DNA of 64,000 nt from Trueperaceae bacterium (GTDB lineage: Bacteria; Deinococcota; Deinococci; Deinococcales; Trueperaceae), in assembly GCA_965213705.1 (NCBI GenBank), contig OZ243913.1, positions 800,001 through 864,000 of the forward strand. Reading direction: 5' to 3'. Under the pieces are notes generated by a model. That model searched no databases, was not told the origin of the DNA, and saw only the letters and a program-made list of their open reading frames with translations. Position numbers and translations under genes: made by a program. Numbering within the stretch: position 1 is the first letter of the stretch; every line of letters begins with the position of its first letter. Below, piece after piece: positions 38,153 to 47,516 of this stretch.

Positions 38153-39547
38153 GTGCCTGCTGAAGCTACCCTCGAGCCCACCGACGTCGCCACAGATATT
38201 GTCGTCGTCGGCGGTGGCGGTTGCGGTTTGACAGCGGCTTTGGCGGCGGCGCAACTCGGGGCGCGGGTGACGGTGTTGGAAAAGTTGGCCGAAACCCACG
38301 GCAACACCGGGCGCTCGGGCGGCATGGTTCCGGCGGCGGGCACGCGTTTTCAGCGGGCGGCGGGCGTCGAAGAGGACGCTGCGGCCTTTGCCGAAGACGT
38401 GTTGCGCAAAAACGGCCACACCTCCGACCTCGAGACCACCTTGCACCTGTGCCGGGTTTCGAAAGTCCTGGTCGAGTGGCTGGTGGACGAGGTCGGAATA
38501 GACCTCGTTTTTATCGACGACTTCAAGTATCCGGGGCACACCCAGTTTCGGATGCACGCACCGCCGAGCCGCACCGGGGCGGCGCTCGTCCAAGACTTGC
38601 GCCGCGCCGCCGACGCCGCGCCGAACGTCACCCTGTTGACCGGGTCGCCCGCGCTGGGACTCGTCGAAGACAAGTCGGGTGGGGTGCGCGGGGTTCGGCT
38701 TGCCCGGGGTACGCTCGCCGCGCAAAAAGTCATCTTGGCGAACAACGGCTTCGCAGGCAACCCGGAGATGGTGCGGCGTTACTGCCCCGACATAGAAAAC
38801 GCTCTTTACTTCGGCGGCGCGGGCAACACGGGCGAAGGCATCGCGTGGGGGCAGGCCCTGGGGGCGGAACTCGCCTTTATGGACGCTTACCAGGCGCACG
38901 CTTCGGTGGCGACGCCGGGCAACGTCCTCATCACTTACTCGCTCATTATGGAGGGTGGTGTCCAGGTCAACAGGGCGGGCGAGCGCTTCGGCAACGAGGC
39001 CGCGGGCTACTCCGAACACGCGCTGGCGGTGTTGGGACAAGAGGGCGGCGAGGTTTGGGACGTTTACGGCGAGACGCAGCACCGCTTGGGGCTGAAGTTC
39101 GCGGACTACCGGGCGGCGCTGGCGCTCGGCGTCGTCCTTCGGGCTGACACCCTGCGGGACTTGGCGGGGCAGATGGCGGTGAGTACGGAGGCGCTCGAGA
39201 CCACCCTCGCCGACTACCACGCCGCTGCCGACGGCGAGGTAGAAGACAAGTTCGGACGCCGGGAATGTCAGCGGCTCGCCGCACCCTTTTACGCCGTCAA
39301 GGTCACCGGGGCGCTCTTTCACACGCAGGGCGGTTTGAGGGTTGACAAAGTGGCGAGGGTTGTGCGCTTCGACGGCACGCCCATTCCCAACCTCTACGCC
39401 GGGGGCGGCGTTGCCGCCGGCATCAGCGGACACGGCCCCGGCGGGTACTTGTCGGGCAACGGCCTGCTCACCGCGCTCGGCTACGGGCTGCTCGCCGGGC
39501 GGCACGCGGCGAGCACGTTGGCCCCGGAAATGCGGGGGCCGGGATGA
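38153..39547 (+). CDS. FAD-dependent oxidoreductase (fumarate reductase flavoprotein / ketosteroid dehydrogenase-like)
   Basis: VVGGGGCG, VNRAGERF, HTQGGL, IPNLYAGG, YLSGNGL. Confidence 0.85.
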   Translation: MPAEATLEPTDVATDIVVVGGGGCGLTAALAAAQLGARVTVLEKLAETHGNTGRSGGMVPAAGTRFQRAAGVEEDAAAFAEDVLRKNGHTSDLETTLHLCRVSKVLVEWLVDEVGIDLVFIDDFKYPGHTQFRMHAPPSRTGAALVQDLRRAADAAPNVTLLTGSPALGLVEDKSGGVRGVRLARGTLAAQKVILANNGFAGNPEMVRRYCPDIENALYFGGAGNTGEGIAWGQALGAELAFMDAYQAHASVATPGNVLITYSLIMEGGVQVNRAGERFGNEAAGYSEHALAVLGQEGGEVWDVYGETQHRLGLKFADYRAALALGVVLRADTLRDLAGQMAVSTEALETTLADYHAAADGEVEDKFGRRECQRLAAPFYAVKVTGALFHTQGGLRVDKVARVVRFDGTPIPNLYAGGGVAAGISGHGPGGYLSGNGLLTALGYGLLAGRHAASTLAPEMRGPG

Positions 39548-39605
39548 CTAGCTTGTTTTGCGGAAGATCCGTGTCATAGTAAACAAAACCCACTAGGAGG
39601 ACGTG

Positions 39606-40781
39606 ATGAAAAAACTGGTTTTACTCGTTTTGCTGCTCACCCCCGCTTTCGCCCAGGTGCAAGTCGGCGGCATCCACCCGCTCACGGGCGGGCTCGCCGC
39701 CGACGGCGTGCAGATGGACAACGCTATTCGGATGGCGATTGAAGAGGTCAACGCCGCCGGGGGCGCAGGCGGGTTGACGTTCGAGTACCTCGCCGCCGAC
39801 TCGACCGGCTCACCCGAGGTCGGCCAGACCGAGGCCGAACGCCTCATCAACGAGGGCGCGGACGTGCTCATCGGTACGTTTCAGTCGTCGGTGACCGCCA
39901 ACGTCGCCGCCATCGCCGAGCGTTCAAAAGTTCCGTTGGTCGTCGACGTGGCCGTGGCCGACGCGATTCTCGACCAAGGGTACACCTACACCTTTCGCAT
40001 CCAGCCCAACGCCACCTCGATGGGGGTGAATGGTGCCCGCTTTTTGAAAGCCTTGGCCGAGGCGAGCGGCGAAGAGGTCGGCAGCGTCGTCTACTTGTTC
40101 GAAAGCGCCACGGGTTACGGGAGCAGCGTGAAAGACGCCTTCGTCGCCGAGGCGGCGAGTTTAGGCATCGAAGTCCTGGGCGAAGTCGGCTACGAACCTT
40201 TCAGCCTCACCGACCTCACCACCGAAATGACCCGCATCAACGCCCTGCAGCCCGACGTGCTGGCGGCGACGGGTTACTACAACGACGGTCTCATCGCCGC
40301 GCAAAACGCCGAAGACGTGCTCTTGAACGTCAAGGGTATTTACGGCGTGGCGCAGGGCACCTACGACGTGCCGCAGTTCGTCACCGACTTCGGCGACTCG
40401 GCGCAGTGTTTTATGGACAGCAACTACCACTGGGACGCTTCAAACCCCGAGGCGGTGGCGGTGCGCGAGAAGTTCGAAGCGACCTACGGCGAAGCCATGC
40501 GCACCTCGGCGATTATGGCTTACCAGGCCGTGTACGTCGTCGCCGACGCGGTCGAGCGCGCGGGCGAGGCCGACCCCGTCACGATTCGGGACGCGCTCGC
40601 GGCGACCGACTACGCCGGGCACATCCTGCCCTACGCCGGACCCATTCAGTTCGACGAAACGGGCGAAAACGTCAACGCGGTGCCCGTGGTGATGCAGGTG
40701 CAAGACGGCGCGATTTACCAGGTCTACCCGCCGGAGGTGGCGGAGCGGGAGCCGATTTTCCCCTGTGTGGCGTGGGAGTAG
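39606..40781 (+). CDS. Branched-chain amino acid-type ABC substrate-binding protein
   Basis: Signal peptide; IHPLTG, EEVNAAGG, FRIQP. Confidence 0.9.
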   Translation: MKKLVLLVLLLTPAFAQVQVGGIHPLTGGLAADGVQMDNAIRMAIEEVNAAGGAGGLTFEYLAADSTGSPEVGQTEAERLINEGADVLIGTFQSSVTANVAAIAERSKVPLVVDVAVADAILDQGYTYTFRIQPNATSMGVNGARFLKALAEASGEEVGSVVYLFESATGYGSSVKDAFVAEAASLGIEVLGEVGYEPFSLTDLTTEMTRINALQPDVLAATGYYNDGLIAAQNAEDVLLNVKGIYGVAQGTYDVPQFVTDFGDSAQCFMDSNYHWDASNPEAVAVREKFEATYGEAMRTSAIMAYQAVYVVADAVERAGEADPVTIRDALAATDYAGHILPYAGPIQFDETGENVNAVPVVMQVQDGAIYQVYPPEVAEREPIFPCVAWE

Positions 40782-40789
40782 TGGCGAGG

Positions 40790-40842
40790 CGGACCCCTCC
40801 GGTCCGAAGGACCTACCTCCCCTGAAAAAGGGAGGTAAGGTC
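40790..40842 (+). terminator. Double stem-loop after the SBP gene
   Basis: CGGACC/GGTCCG and GACCTACCTCCC/GGGAGGTAAGGTC. Confidence 0.55.
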
Positions 40843-40971
40843 AAAAGCCCTTCCTGGTTGAGTTGTTCGGAAAAGCGTTTTGTAAGAGTTGAATTTCTAT
40901 AAGGCGCTTAAAGAAACCCTTACGGTCGAAGTTCAACCAGGCCCGAAATCAAGTAAAGCTCGAGAGGACCC

Positions 40972-41997
40972 ATGCAAACGCACGCCGCCCGCCCCAACCA
41001 AACGCGCCGCACCTGGCTCATCGCGGGCGGCCTCGTCGTCGTTGTCGCCGTCCTGCTCATCCTGGGTTGGGACGGTGTGCAGGGGTGGTTTGCGCGCAAC
41101 GGGGTGGTGTTGCGGCAGGCGGCGGTGACGGGCGTGCTCATCGGCGGGGTTTACGGCCTGGTGGCGCTCGGGCTCACGCTGATTTTCGGCGTGCTGAACA
41201 TTATCAACTTTGCCCACGGGGCACTCATGACGGTGGGAATGTACCTGACGTTTTTGCTGTTCAGCACTTACGGCGTGGACCCTTACGTGTCGATTCTGAT
41301 AACCGCGCCCGCGCTCTTTCTGGTTGGTTTGGTAGTCGAACGCTTTATCATCTTCCCGGCTCGAGACGCGCCCGAACACAACCAACTCTTGCTCACCTTA
41401 GGGTTGTCGCTCTTCATCCAAAACCTGCTGCTCCTCACTTTTACCGCCACCCCGCGCTCGATTCGTCTGGGCTACGCGCGGGGCGAGGTGGGTTTGGGTC
41501 CCGTGACGCTCGACTTCCCCCTACGGGTGTGGGGCACCACCGTGACGCTGCCGAAACTCGCCGCGTTCGTGTTCGCGGTGGCGCTGTCGCTGCTTCTGTA
41601 CTGGCTGCTGCAACGTTCCGACTTAGGCAAGGCGATTCGCGCGGTGGCGCAGGAGCGCGACGGCGCGGCGCTCGTGGGCGTCAACGTCGAGCGGGTCAAC
41701 CGGCTCACCTTTGGATTAGGCACGGCCTGCGTGGGCGCGGCCGCCGCGCTCGTGTTGCCGTTCTTTTTCGTCGACCCGGTGGCGGGCGAGAGTTTCAACA
41801 TCATCGCCTTCGTCACGGTCGTGTTGGGCGGCATGGGCAGCGTGCCGGGGGCGCTGCTGGGCGGCATTCTCATCGGGCTCACCCAGGAACTCGGCGTGGT
41901 GTTCTTGCCAGGCGCGGCGAAGATGTTGGGCGTGTTCGTCGTGTTCGTCCTGGTACTGCTGTTCCGGCCGCAGGGGCTGTTCGGGCGGCTCGAGTGA
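40972..41997 (+). CDS. BCAA-type ABC permease (LivH-like)
   Basis: YGLVALGLTLIFG...INFAHG; VLGGMGS; RPQGLFG. Confidence 0.92.
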   Translation: MQTHAARPNQTRRTWLIAGGLVVVVAVLLILGWDGVQGWFARNGVVLRQAAVTGVLIGGVYGLVALGLTLIFGVLNIINFAHGALMTVGMYLTFLLFSTYGVDPYVSILITAPALFLVGLVVERFIIFPARDAPEHNQLLLTLGLSLFIQNLLLLTFTATPRSIRLGYARGEVGLGPVTLDFPLRVWGTTVTLPKLAAFVFAVALSLLLYWLLQRSDLGKAIRAVAQERDGAALVGVNVERVNRLTFGLGTACVGAAAALVLPFFFVDPVAGESFNIIAFVTVVLGGMGSVPGALLGGILIGLTQELGVVFLPGAAKMLGVFVVFVLVLLFRPQGLFGRLE

Positions 41998-43001
41998 GCG
42001 CGCGACTCACGACGAACCGCGACTACCTCATTCTGGGCGGGCTGACCCTGGGGCTGCTCGTGTTGCCTTTTTTTACAAACTCGTTTCAGCTCAGTCTCGC
42101 CGTCCTCGTGCTCCACTTCGCGCTGCTCGGGGCGGCCTGGAACGTCATGGGCGGCTACGCGGGGCAGTTCTCGTTCGGGCACGCGGCGTTTTACGGCATC
42201 GGCGCGTACACCTCGACCATCCTGTTGACCAAGCTCGGTGTCAGTCCTTGGCTGGGGATGCTGGCGGGGGCGGCCTTGGCGGCGCTCTTTGGCGCGGGGA
42301 TGGGCTACTTGACGTTTCGCTACGGCCTCAAAGGGCCTTATTTTGCGCTGGCGACGTTCGCGTTCGCCGAGATGCTGCGGCTCATCGCCAACGAGTGGGG
42401 CTTTATCGAGGGCTCGGTCGGCGTCCACCTGCCGCTCGTCGGCGGCGACTCGTGGGCGCGGCTCCAGTTCGAGGCGACGCCGCGCAACTACTACTTCGCG
42501 GTGCTCGTTTTATTTGTGTTCGTTTACCTCGTCCAGATTGCCGTGGTCCACAGCAAGTTCGGCTACTACCTGCAAGCCGTCCGCGAGGACGAGGTCGCCG
42601 CCGCCGCGCTGGGTGTCAACCTGATGCGTTACAAGGTCGGGGCGGTGGCGCTGAGCGGGGCGTTGACGGCGCTGGGCGGCTCGTTTTTCGCGCACTACTT
42701 TTTGTTCATCAGCCCAGAAATCGTCTTCGGCGCGGCCATTTCCATCGACATTTTGCTGGCCCCCATCGTCGGCGGGGCGGGGACGGTGTGGGGTCCCTTT
42801 ATCGGCGCGCTGTTCCTGACGCCGCTGGGCGAGGTCTCGAGACGCCTCATCCGCACGCCGCCGGAGTTTTTAAGCTTTATCCAGGGGCGCTCAGGCTTGG
42901 ACGTGATGCTCTTCGGGGCCATCCTTATCGTCGTCATCATCTACCTGCCGAACGGCGTCGCCGGGTTGGGACGGCGCTGGTGGCGCAGGCGGCGACCGTG
43001 A
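41994..43001 (+). CDS. BCAA-type ABC permease (LivM-like)
   Basis: GYAGQFSFGHAAFYGIGAY; AVREDE; GGAGTVWGP. Confidence 0.92.
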   Translation: MSARLTTNRDYLILGGLTLGLLVLPFFTNSFQLSLAVLVLHFALLGAAWNVMGGYAGQFSFGHAAFYGIGAYTSTILLTKLGVSPWLGMLAGAALAALFGAGMGYLTFRYGLKGPYFALATFAFAEMLRLIANEWGFIEGSVGVHLPLVGGDSWARLQFEATPRNYYFAVLVLFVFVYLVQIAVVHSKFGYYLQAVREDEVAAAALGVNLMRYKVGAVALSGALTALGGSFFAHYFLFISPEIVFGAAISIDILLAPIVGGAGTVWGPFIGALFLTPLGEVSRRLIRTPPEFLSFIQGRSGLDVMLFGAILIVVIIYLPNGVAGLGRRWWRRRRP

Positions 43002-43735
43002 CGGCGTTTTTGCAAGTGTCTAGCGTCAGCAAACGCTTCGGCGGCTTGACCGCGGTGAGGGACGTGAGTTTTGAACTGCGGCAGGGTGAAATCCTGGGGC
43101 TCATCGGGCCGAACGGGGCGGGCAAGTCGACCTTGTTCAGCATTGTCGGCGGAAGTTTGCAGCCGAGCGAGGGAACGGTCAGCTTCGAGGGCGCAACCCT
43201 CACGGGGCGGCCCCCCCACGACGTCTGTCGGCGGGGCGTGGCCCGCACCTTTCAAATCGTCAAGCCGTTCGCGGGGTTGCGGGTGGTGGACAACGTGATG
43301 GTGGGCGCGTTCAACCGGACGACGCGCGTCGCGGACAGCGAACGCAAAGCCCGCCGGATTTTAGAGTTCGTCGGGCTGGCCGACCGCGCCGAGCGGCCCG
43401 CTTTCTCGCTCACCACGGCGGGGCGCAAACGGCTCGAGCTGGCTCGCGCCCTCGCCACCGAGCCCAAACTGCTGCTGCTCGACGAGGTGATGGCGGGCCT
43501 CACCCCAACCGAGAGCCGCGGCATCGTCGAGTTGCTGCACCGGGTGCGCGACACGGGCGTGACGCTGCTGGTGACCGAACACGTCATGAAGGCCATCATG
43601 GCGCTGTCCGACCGGGTGGCGGTGTTGCATCACGGCGAACTCATCGCCCTGGGCACGCCCAAAGAGGTCACCGAAACCCCGGAAGTCGTCGAGGCTTATC
43701 TGGGCAAAAGGCGTGCGGACGGGGTGGGTGCGTAG
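42998..43735 (+). CDS. ABC ATPase (LivG-like)
   Basis: GPNGAGKS, ARTFQ, LLLDE. Confidence 0.92.
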   Translation: MTAFLQVSSVSKRFGGLTAVRDVSFELRQGEILGLIGPNGAGKSTLFSIVGGSLQPSEGTVSFEGATLTGRPPHDVCRRGVARTFQIVKPFAGLRVVDNVMVGAFNRTTRVADSERKARRILEFVGLADRAERPAFSLTTAGRKRLELARALATEPKLLLLDEVMAGLTPTESRGIVELLHRVRDTGVTLLVTEHVMKAIMALSDRVAVLHHGELIALGTPKEVTETPEVVEAYLGKRRADGVGA

Positions 43736-44440
43736 GTGTTGCGGCTCGAGGGACTTTATGGCGGCTACGCCGACGTGAACGTGTTGGAAGACGTGTCGCT
43801 CACGGTCGAAAGGGGTGAAATCGTGGCGCTGCTGGGCGCGAACGGCGCGGGCAAGACGACCACGCTGCGCACCGTTTCGGGGCTGCACCGGGCGCGACGG
43901 GGCACGGTGGTGTTCGAGGAAGAGGCCGTCCAGCACTGGCCCTCGCACCGCATCGTCGCCGCAGGTTTGGTCCAAGTCGCCGAGGGACGCAAGCTGTTCG
44001 CGCACATGACGGTAACCGAAAACCTGGAAATGGGCGCGTTCGGACGCCGCGTCAGGGTGGGTCGCAAGGAGACCATGGCGGAGGTGTTCGACCTGTTCCC
44101 GCGTTTAAGAGAGCGCCGCAAACAGTTCGCCGGGACGCTCTCGGGGGGCGAGCAGCAGATGTTGGCCGTGGGCCGCGCCCTCATGACGCGGCCCAAACTG
44201 CTCATGCTGGACGAGCCCTCGCTGGGCCTCGCGCCGAAAATCGTCGAGGACATTTTCGAGGTCGTGCGGCGCGTCAACGGCGCGGGCGTCAGCGTGTTAA
44301 TCGTCGAGCAGAACGCAGTGCAAACCCTGGAATTGGCCCACCGGGCTTACGTGCTCGAGAACGGCCACATCACCCTGAGCGGGTCCGGCGACGCCCTGCT
44401 GCAAGACCCGCGCATCCGCACGGCGTACTTGGGACTTTGA
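43736..44440 (+). CDS. ABC ATPase (LivF-like)
   Basis: GANGAGKT, LSGGEQQ, LDEPSLGLAP. Confidence 0.93.
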   Translation: MLRLEGLYGGYADVNVLEDVSLTVERGEIVALLGANGAGKTTTLRTVSGLHRARRGTVVFEEEAVQHWPSHRIVAAGLVQVAEGRKLFAHMTVTENLEMGAFGRRVRVGRKETMAEVFDLFPRLRERRKQFAGTLSGGEQQMLAVGRALMTRPKLLMLDEPSLGLAPKIVEDIFEVVRRVNGAGVSVLIVEQNAVQTLELAHRAYVLENGHITLSGSGDALLQDPRIRTAYLGL

Positions 44441-44491
44441 TTCGGGACCGTGAGAGAGGTTGGAGACCAACTTGTATCTTGAAAGGAGAAA

Positions 44492-44566
44492 AGTAACGAG
44501 GAACGAATTCCGAGTAGCAGGGCGCTTCGTGCCCCACTCGGTACTCGGTACTCAGCACTCGGTACT
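44492..44566. repeat. Heptamer inverted-repeat hairpin element
   Basis: AGTAACGAG...CTCGGTACTCGGTACTCAGCACTCGGTACT. Confidence 0.8.
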
Positions 44567-44572
44567 GCCCTT

Positions 44573-45823
44573 ATGACCCTAGCCGAAAAAATCATCTCGA
44601 CACACGCGGGCCGCGAGCTTTACGCGGGCGACATCGCCGTGGTGGCTGTAGACGGCGCGATGGCGACCGACACGACCGCGCCCTTAGCCATCCAAGCTTT
44701 TCGGGAGATGGGCGGAACAAAACTCTTCGACCCAGAAAAGTTCTTTTTGGTTCTCGACCACGCCGTCCCCGCCCCCAACGAGCGCATCGCCAACCTGCAC
44801 ACCATGATGCGGGCGTTCGCCCGCGACACGGGCTGCAAACTCTACGACGTGGGCGAGGGCATTTGCCACCAACTGATGGTGGACCATGACCACGTGCGGC
44901 CCGGCGACGTTTTCGTGGGCGCGGACTCGCATACGCCGACCTACGGGGCTTTGGGCGCGTTCGCCGTGGGCATGGGCTCGACCGACACGGCGGGCGTGAT
45001 GCTGACCGGGAAAACCTGGCTTAAAGTCCCGCAGACGATTCGCCTGGAACTCAACGGCACCGTCAAACCGGGCGTCAGCGCCAAGGACGTCATTCTGTAC
45101 CTCGTCGGGCGCTTGGGTATTGCAGGCGCGACCTACGACGCGGTCGAGTTTACGGGCGAGGTCGTCCACCCTATGACCTTAGCGAGCCGCATGACCCTTG
45201 CCAACATGGTCGCCGAAATGGGCGCGAAGGCGGGGTTGGTGGACACGTCCGAGTTGGAGACGCCCTACGACTTCGAACGCCTCGCCCCCGACGCCGACGC
45301 GACTTACAAAGCGCGTCACGTTCTGGACTTGAGCGACCTGCGCCCCCAAGTGGCGCTGCCCCACTCGCCCGAAAACGTGCGCGACATCGACGAGGTTATA
45401 GGCCGCAAAATCGACGCCGCCTTTATCGGCTCGTGTACCAACGCGCGGCTCGAGGACTTTCACGCCGCCGCGCAGGTGCTCAAAGGCCGCAAGCTCGCCC
45501 CCGGCGTGCGCCTCATCATCGCCCCGGCCTCGCGCAACGTGTTCGACGCGGCGCTGCGAGACGGCACGGTCGAGACCCTGTCCGCGGCGGGGGCGACCTT
45601 TATCACCTCGGGCTGCGGGCCGTGCGTGGGCACGCACCAGGGCGTGCCGGGCGACGGGGAGGCGGTCATCTCGAGCACCAACCGCAACTTCCGCGGGCGG
45701 CAGGGCAACCCGAACGCCGACGTTTACTTAGCCTCGCCCGCCGTGGTCGCGGCGGCGGCGGTGGCGGGCGAGATTGTCGACCCCGCCGACCTCTTGGCCC
45801 GTGACAGCGGGGTGCTGGCGTGA
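44573..45823 (+). CDS. LeuC/HacA/DmdA-type [4Fe-4S] hydratase large subunit
   Basis: LDH, GICH, GADSHT, IGSCTN, CGPC, STNRNF; short 416 aa type. Confidence 0.9.
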   Translation: MTLAEKIISTHAGRELYAGDIAVVAVDGAMATDTTAPLAIQAFREMGGTKLFDPEKFFLVLDHAVPAPNERIANLHTMMRAFARDTGCKLYDVGEGICHQLMVDHDHVRPGDVFVGADSHTPTYGALGAFAVGMGSTDTAGVMLTGKTWLKVPQTIRLELNGTVKPGVSAKDVILYLVGRLGIAGATYDAVEFTGEVVHPMTLASRMTLANMVAEMGAKAGLVDTSELETPYDFERLAPDADATYKARHVLDLSDLRPQVALPHSPENVRDIDEVIGRKIDAAFIGSCTNARLEDFHAAAQVLKGRKLAPGVRLIIAPASRNVFDAALRDGTVETLSAAGATFITSGCGPCVGTHQGVPGDGEAVISSTNRNFRGRQGNPNADVYLASPAVVAAAAVAGEIVDPADLLARDSGVLA

Positions 45824-46326
45824 AGCACCTGTTCGAGGGTACCGCGCACGTCTACGGCGACAACATAGACACCGACCGCATCATCCCCGGCAAGTACACC
45901 AAAACCCTCGACATGAGCCAGCTCGCCGCACACGTGTTGGAAGACCTGGACCCCCATTTTAGAACCAAGGTGAAAGCTGGCGACATGCTGGTCGCGGGCG
46001 ACAACTTCGGCTGCGGCTCGAGCCGCGAACAAGCGCCTATCGCCCTGCAGGCGGCGGGCGTGAGCGTCGTCGTCGCGCGCACTTTTGCGCGCATCTTTTA
46101 CCGGAACGCCATCAACATCGGGCTGCCGCTGGTCGAGGTGCCCGAGCACGACATAGAGGACGGCTCCGAGGTGCGGGTGGATTTGCTGGCGGGCGAGGTG
46201 CGCGACCTGGCGACCGGCCGCACCTACCGCGCGACCAGGATGCCCGAAGGAATGCTCGAGATTCTGAGCGCGGGCGGGCTCGTCTCGTATCTCAAAGAAC
46301 ACGGCGACTACGGAGGTGTCGCGTGA
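45820..46326 (+). CDS. LeuD/HacB/DmdB-type small subunit
   Basis: NIDTDRIIPGKY, NFGCGSSRE, FARIFYRNAINIG. Confidence 0.9.
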   Translation: MKHLFEGTAHVYGDNIDTDRIIPGKYTKTLDMSQLAAHVLEDLDPHFRTKVKAGDMLVAGDNFGCGSSREQAPIALQAAGVSVVVARTFARIFYRNAINIGLPLVEVPEHDIEDGSEVRVDLLAGEVRDLATGRTYRATRMPEGMLEILSAGGLVSYLKEHGDYGGVA

Positions 46327-47516
46327 GCTTGCCCCTGGACGGCGTGCGGGTGCTCGAATTCTCCCACGCCGTGCTCGGCCCCGCCGCGGGCATGATTTTG
46401 GCCGACCTGGGCGCGGACGTTGTCAAAATTGAGCCCACCCCCGACGGCGACCCGACGCGCAGGCTCAAGGGGTTCGGCCAAGGGTATTTCCCGTACTTTA
46501 ACCGCAACAAAAAAAGCATCGTCGTGAACCTCAAAACCGACGAGGGTCGTGAGGTTGTTCGTAAACTGCTCGAGGACAGTGACGTTTTGCTCGAGAACTA
46601 CGGCCCCGGCACGATTGAGCGCCTCGGTCTCGGTTACGAAGCGCTCAAGGACGAATTTCCCAGGCTTGTCTTCTGTTCGCTCAAAGGGTTTTTACCCGGC
46701 CCCTACGAAAACCGCACCGCGCTCGACGAGGTGGTGCAGATGATGTCGGGATTGGCCTACATGACCGGCCCGCCGGGACAGCCCATGCGCGCGGGCGCCT
46801 CGGTCATCGACGTGATGACCGGGATGTACGGCGCGATGGCGGTGATTTTGGCGCTCAAAGAGCGCGACGCCTCGGGCGCGGGGCAGCTCGTCAAGACGGC
46901 GCTTTTTGAAACCGCCGCCTTTTTGATGGGCCACCACATGTCCACGTTTGTCATGTCCGGCGAGCCGCTGCCGCCCATGTCGGCGCGGGTGAGCGCCTGG
47001 GCTATCTATCACCAGTTTGAAACGCAGGACGACCAACTCATCTTTATCGGCGTGACCAGCGACAAGCAGTGGCCGCGCTTTTGCGAGGCGTTCGGGCGTG
47101 AGGACCTGCTGGCGGACGACCGCCTGACGACCAACAACGACCGCGTGGCGGCGCAGGACTGGTTGCTGCCCGAGTTGCGCGCGATGGTTTCAGGCTTGAC
47201 GCTTGCCGAGGCGGTGGCGCGTTGCGAGGCGGCGCAACTTCCCTTTTCGCCCGTCGCCCGCCCGGAAGACCTGTTCGACGACCCTCAACTCAACGAGGGG
47301 GGAAGTTTGTTGGCGACCACGTTTCCCAACGGCTTCAAAACCAAGATGCCTAAACTGCCCCTCGCGCTGGGTGGGCGCGACTTGGGTCTGAGGCTCGAGC
47401 CGCCGCAGGTGGGCGAGCACACCACAGCCGTTTTGCGCTCCATCGGCTATTCGGCGGAAGACATCGACAGGCTTGGGGCTCGAGGGGTTGTCACGACAGG
47501 AGGTAAGGATGGCTGA
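46323..47516 (+). CDS. CaiB/BaiF class III CoA-transferase
   Basis: LADLGADVVKIE, NRNKKS, ENYGPG, ALD. Confidence 0.9.
   Translation: MSLPLDGVRVLEFSHAVLGPAAGMILADLGADVVKIEPTPDGDPTRRLKGFGQGYFPYFNRNKKSIVVNLKTDEGREVVRKLLEDSDVLLENYGPGTIERLGLGYEALKDEFPRLVFCSLKGFLPGPYENRTALDEVVQMMSGLAYMTGPPGQPMRAGASVIDVMTGMYGAMAVILALKERDASGAGQLVKTALFETAAFLMGHHMSTFVMSGEPLPPMSARVSAWAIYHQFETQDDQLIFIGVTSDKQWPRFCEAFGREDLLADDRLTTNNDRVAAQDWLLPELRAMVSGLTLAEAVARCEAAQLPFSPVARPEDLFDDPQLNEGGSLLATTFPNGFKTKMPKLPLALGGRDLGLRLEPPQVGEHTTAVLRSIGYSAEDIDRLGARGVVTTGGKDG

Noticed and set aside
37568..39505. Long antisense ORFs (e.g. 645 aa here, 460 aa at 11986-13368, 362 aa at 13433-14521)
   Set aside because: Shadow frames of well-supported genes in GC-rich DNA; no recognisable motifs.
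44573..46326. Assigning leuC/leuD or lysT/lysU symbols
   Set aside because: No leucine or lysine biosynthesis neighbours; the context is catabolic, so specificity is left open.
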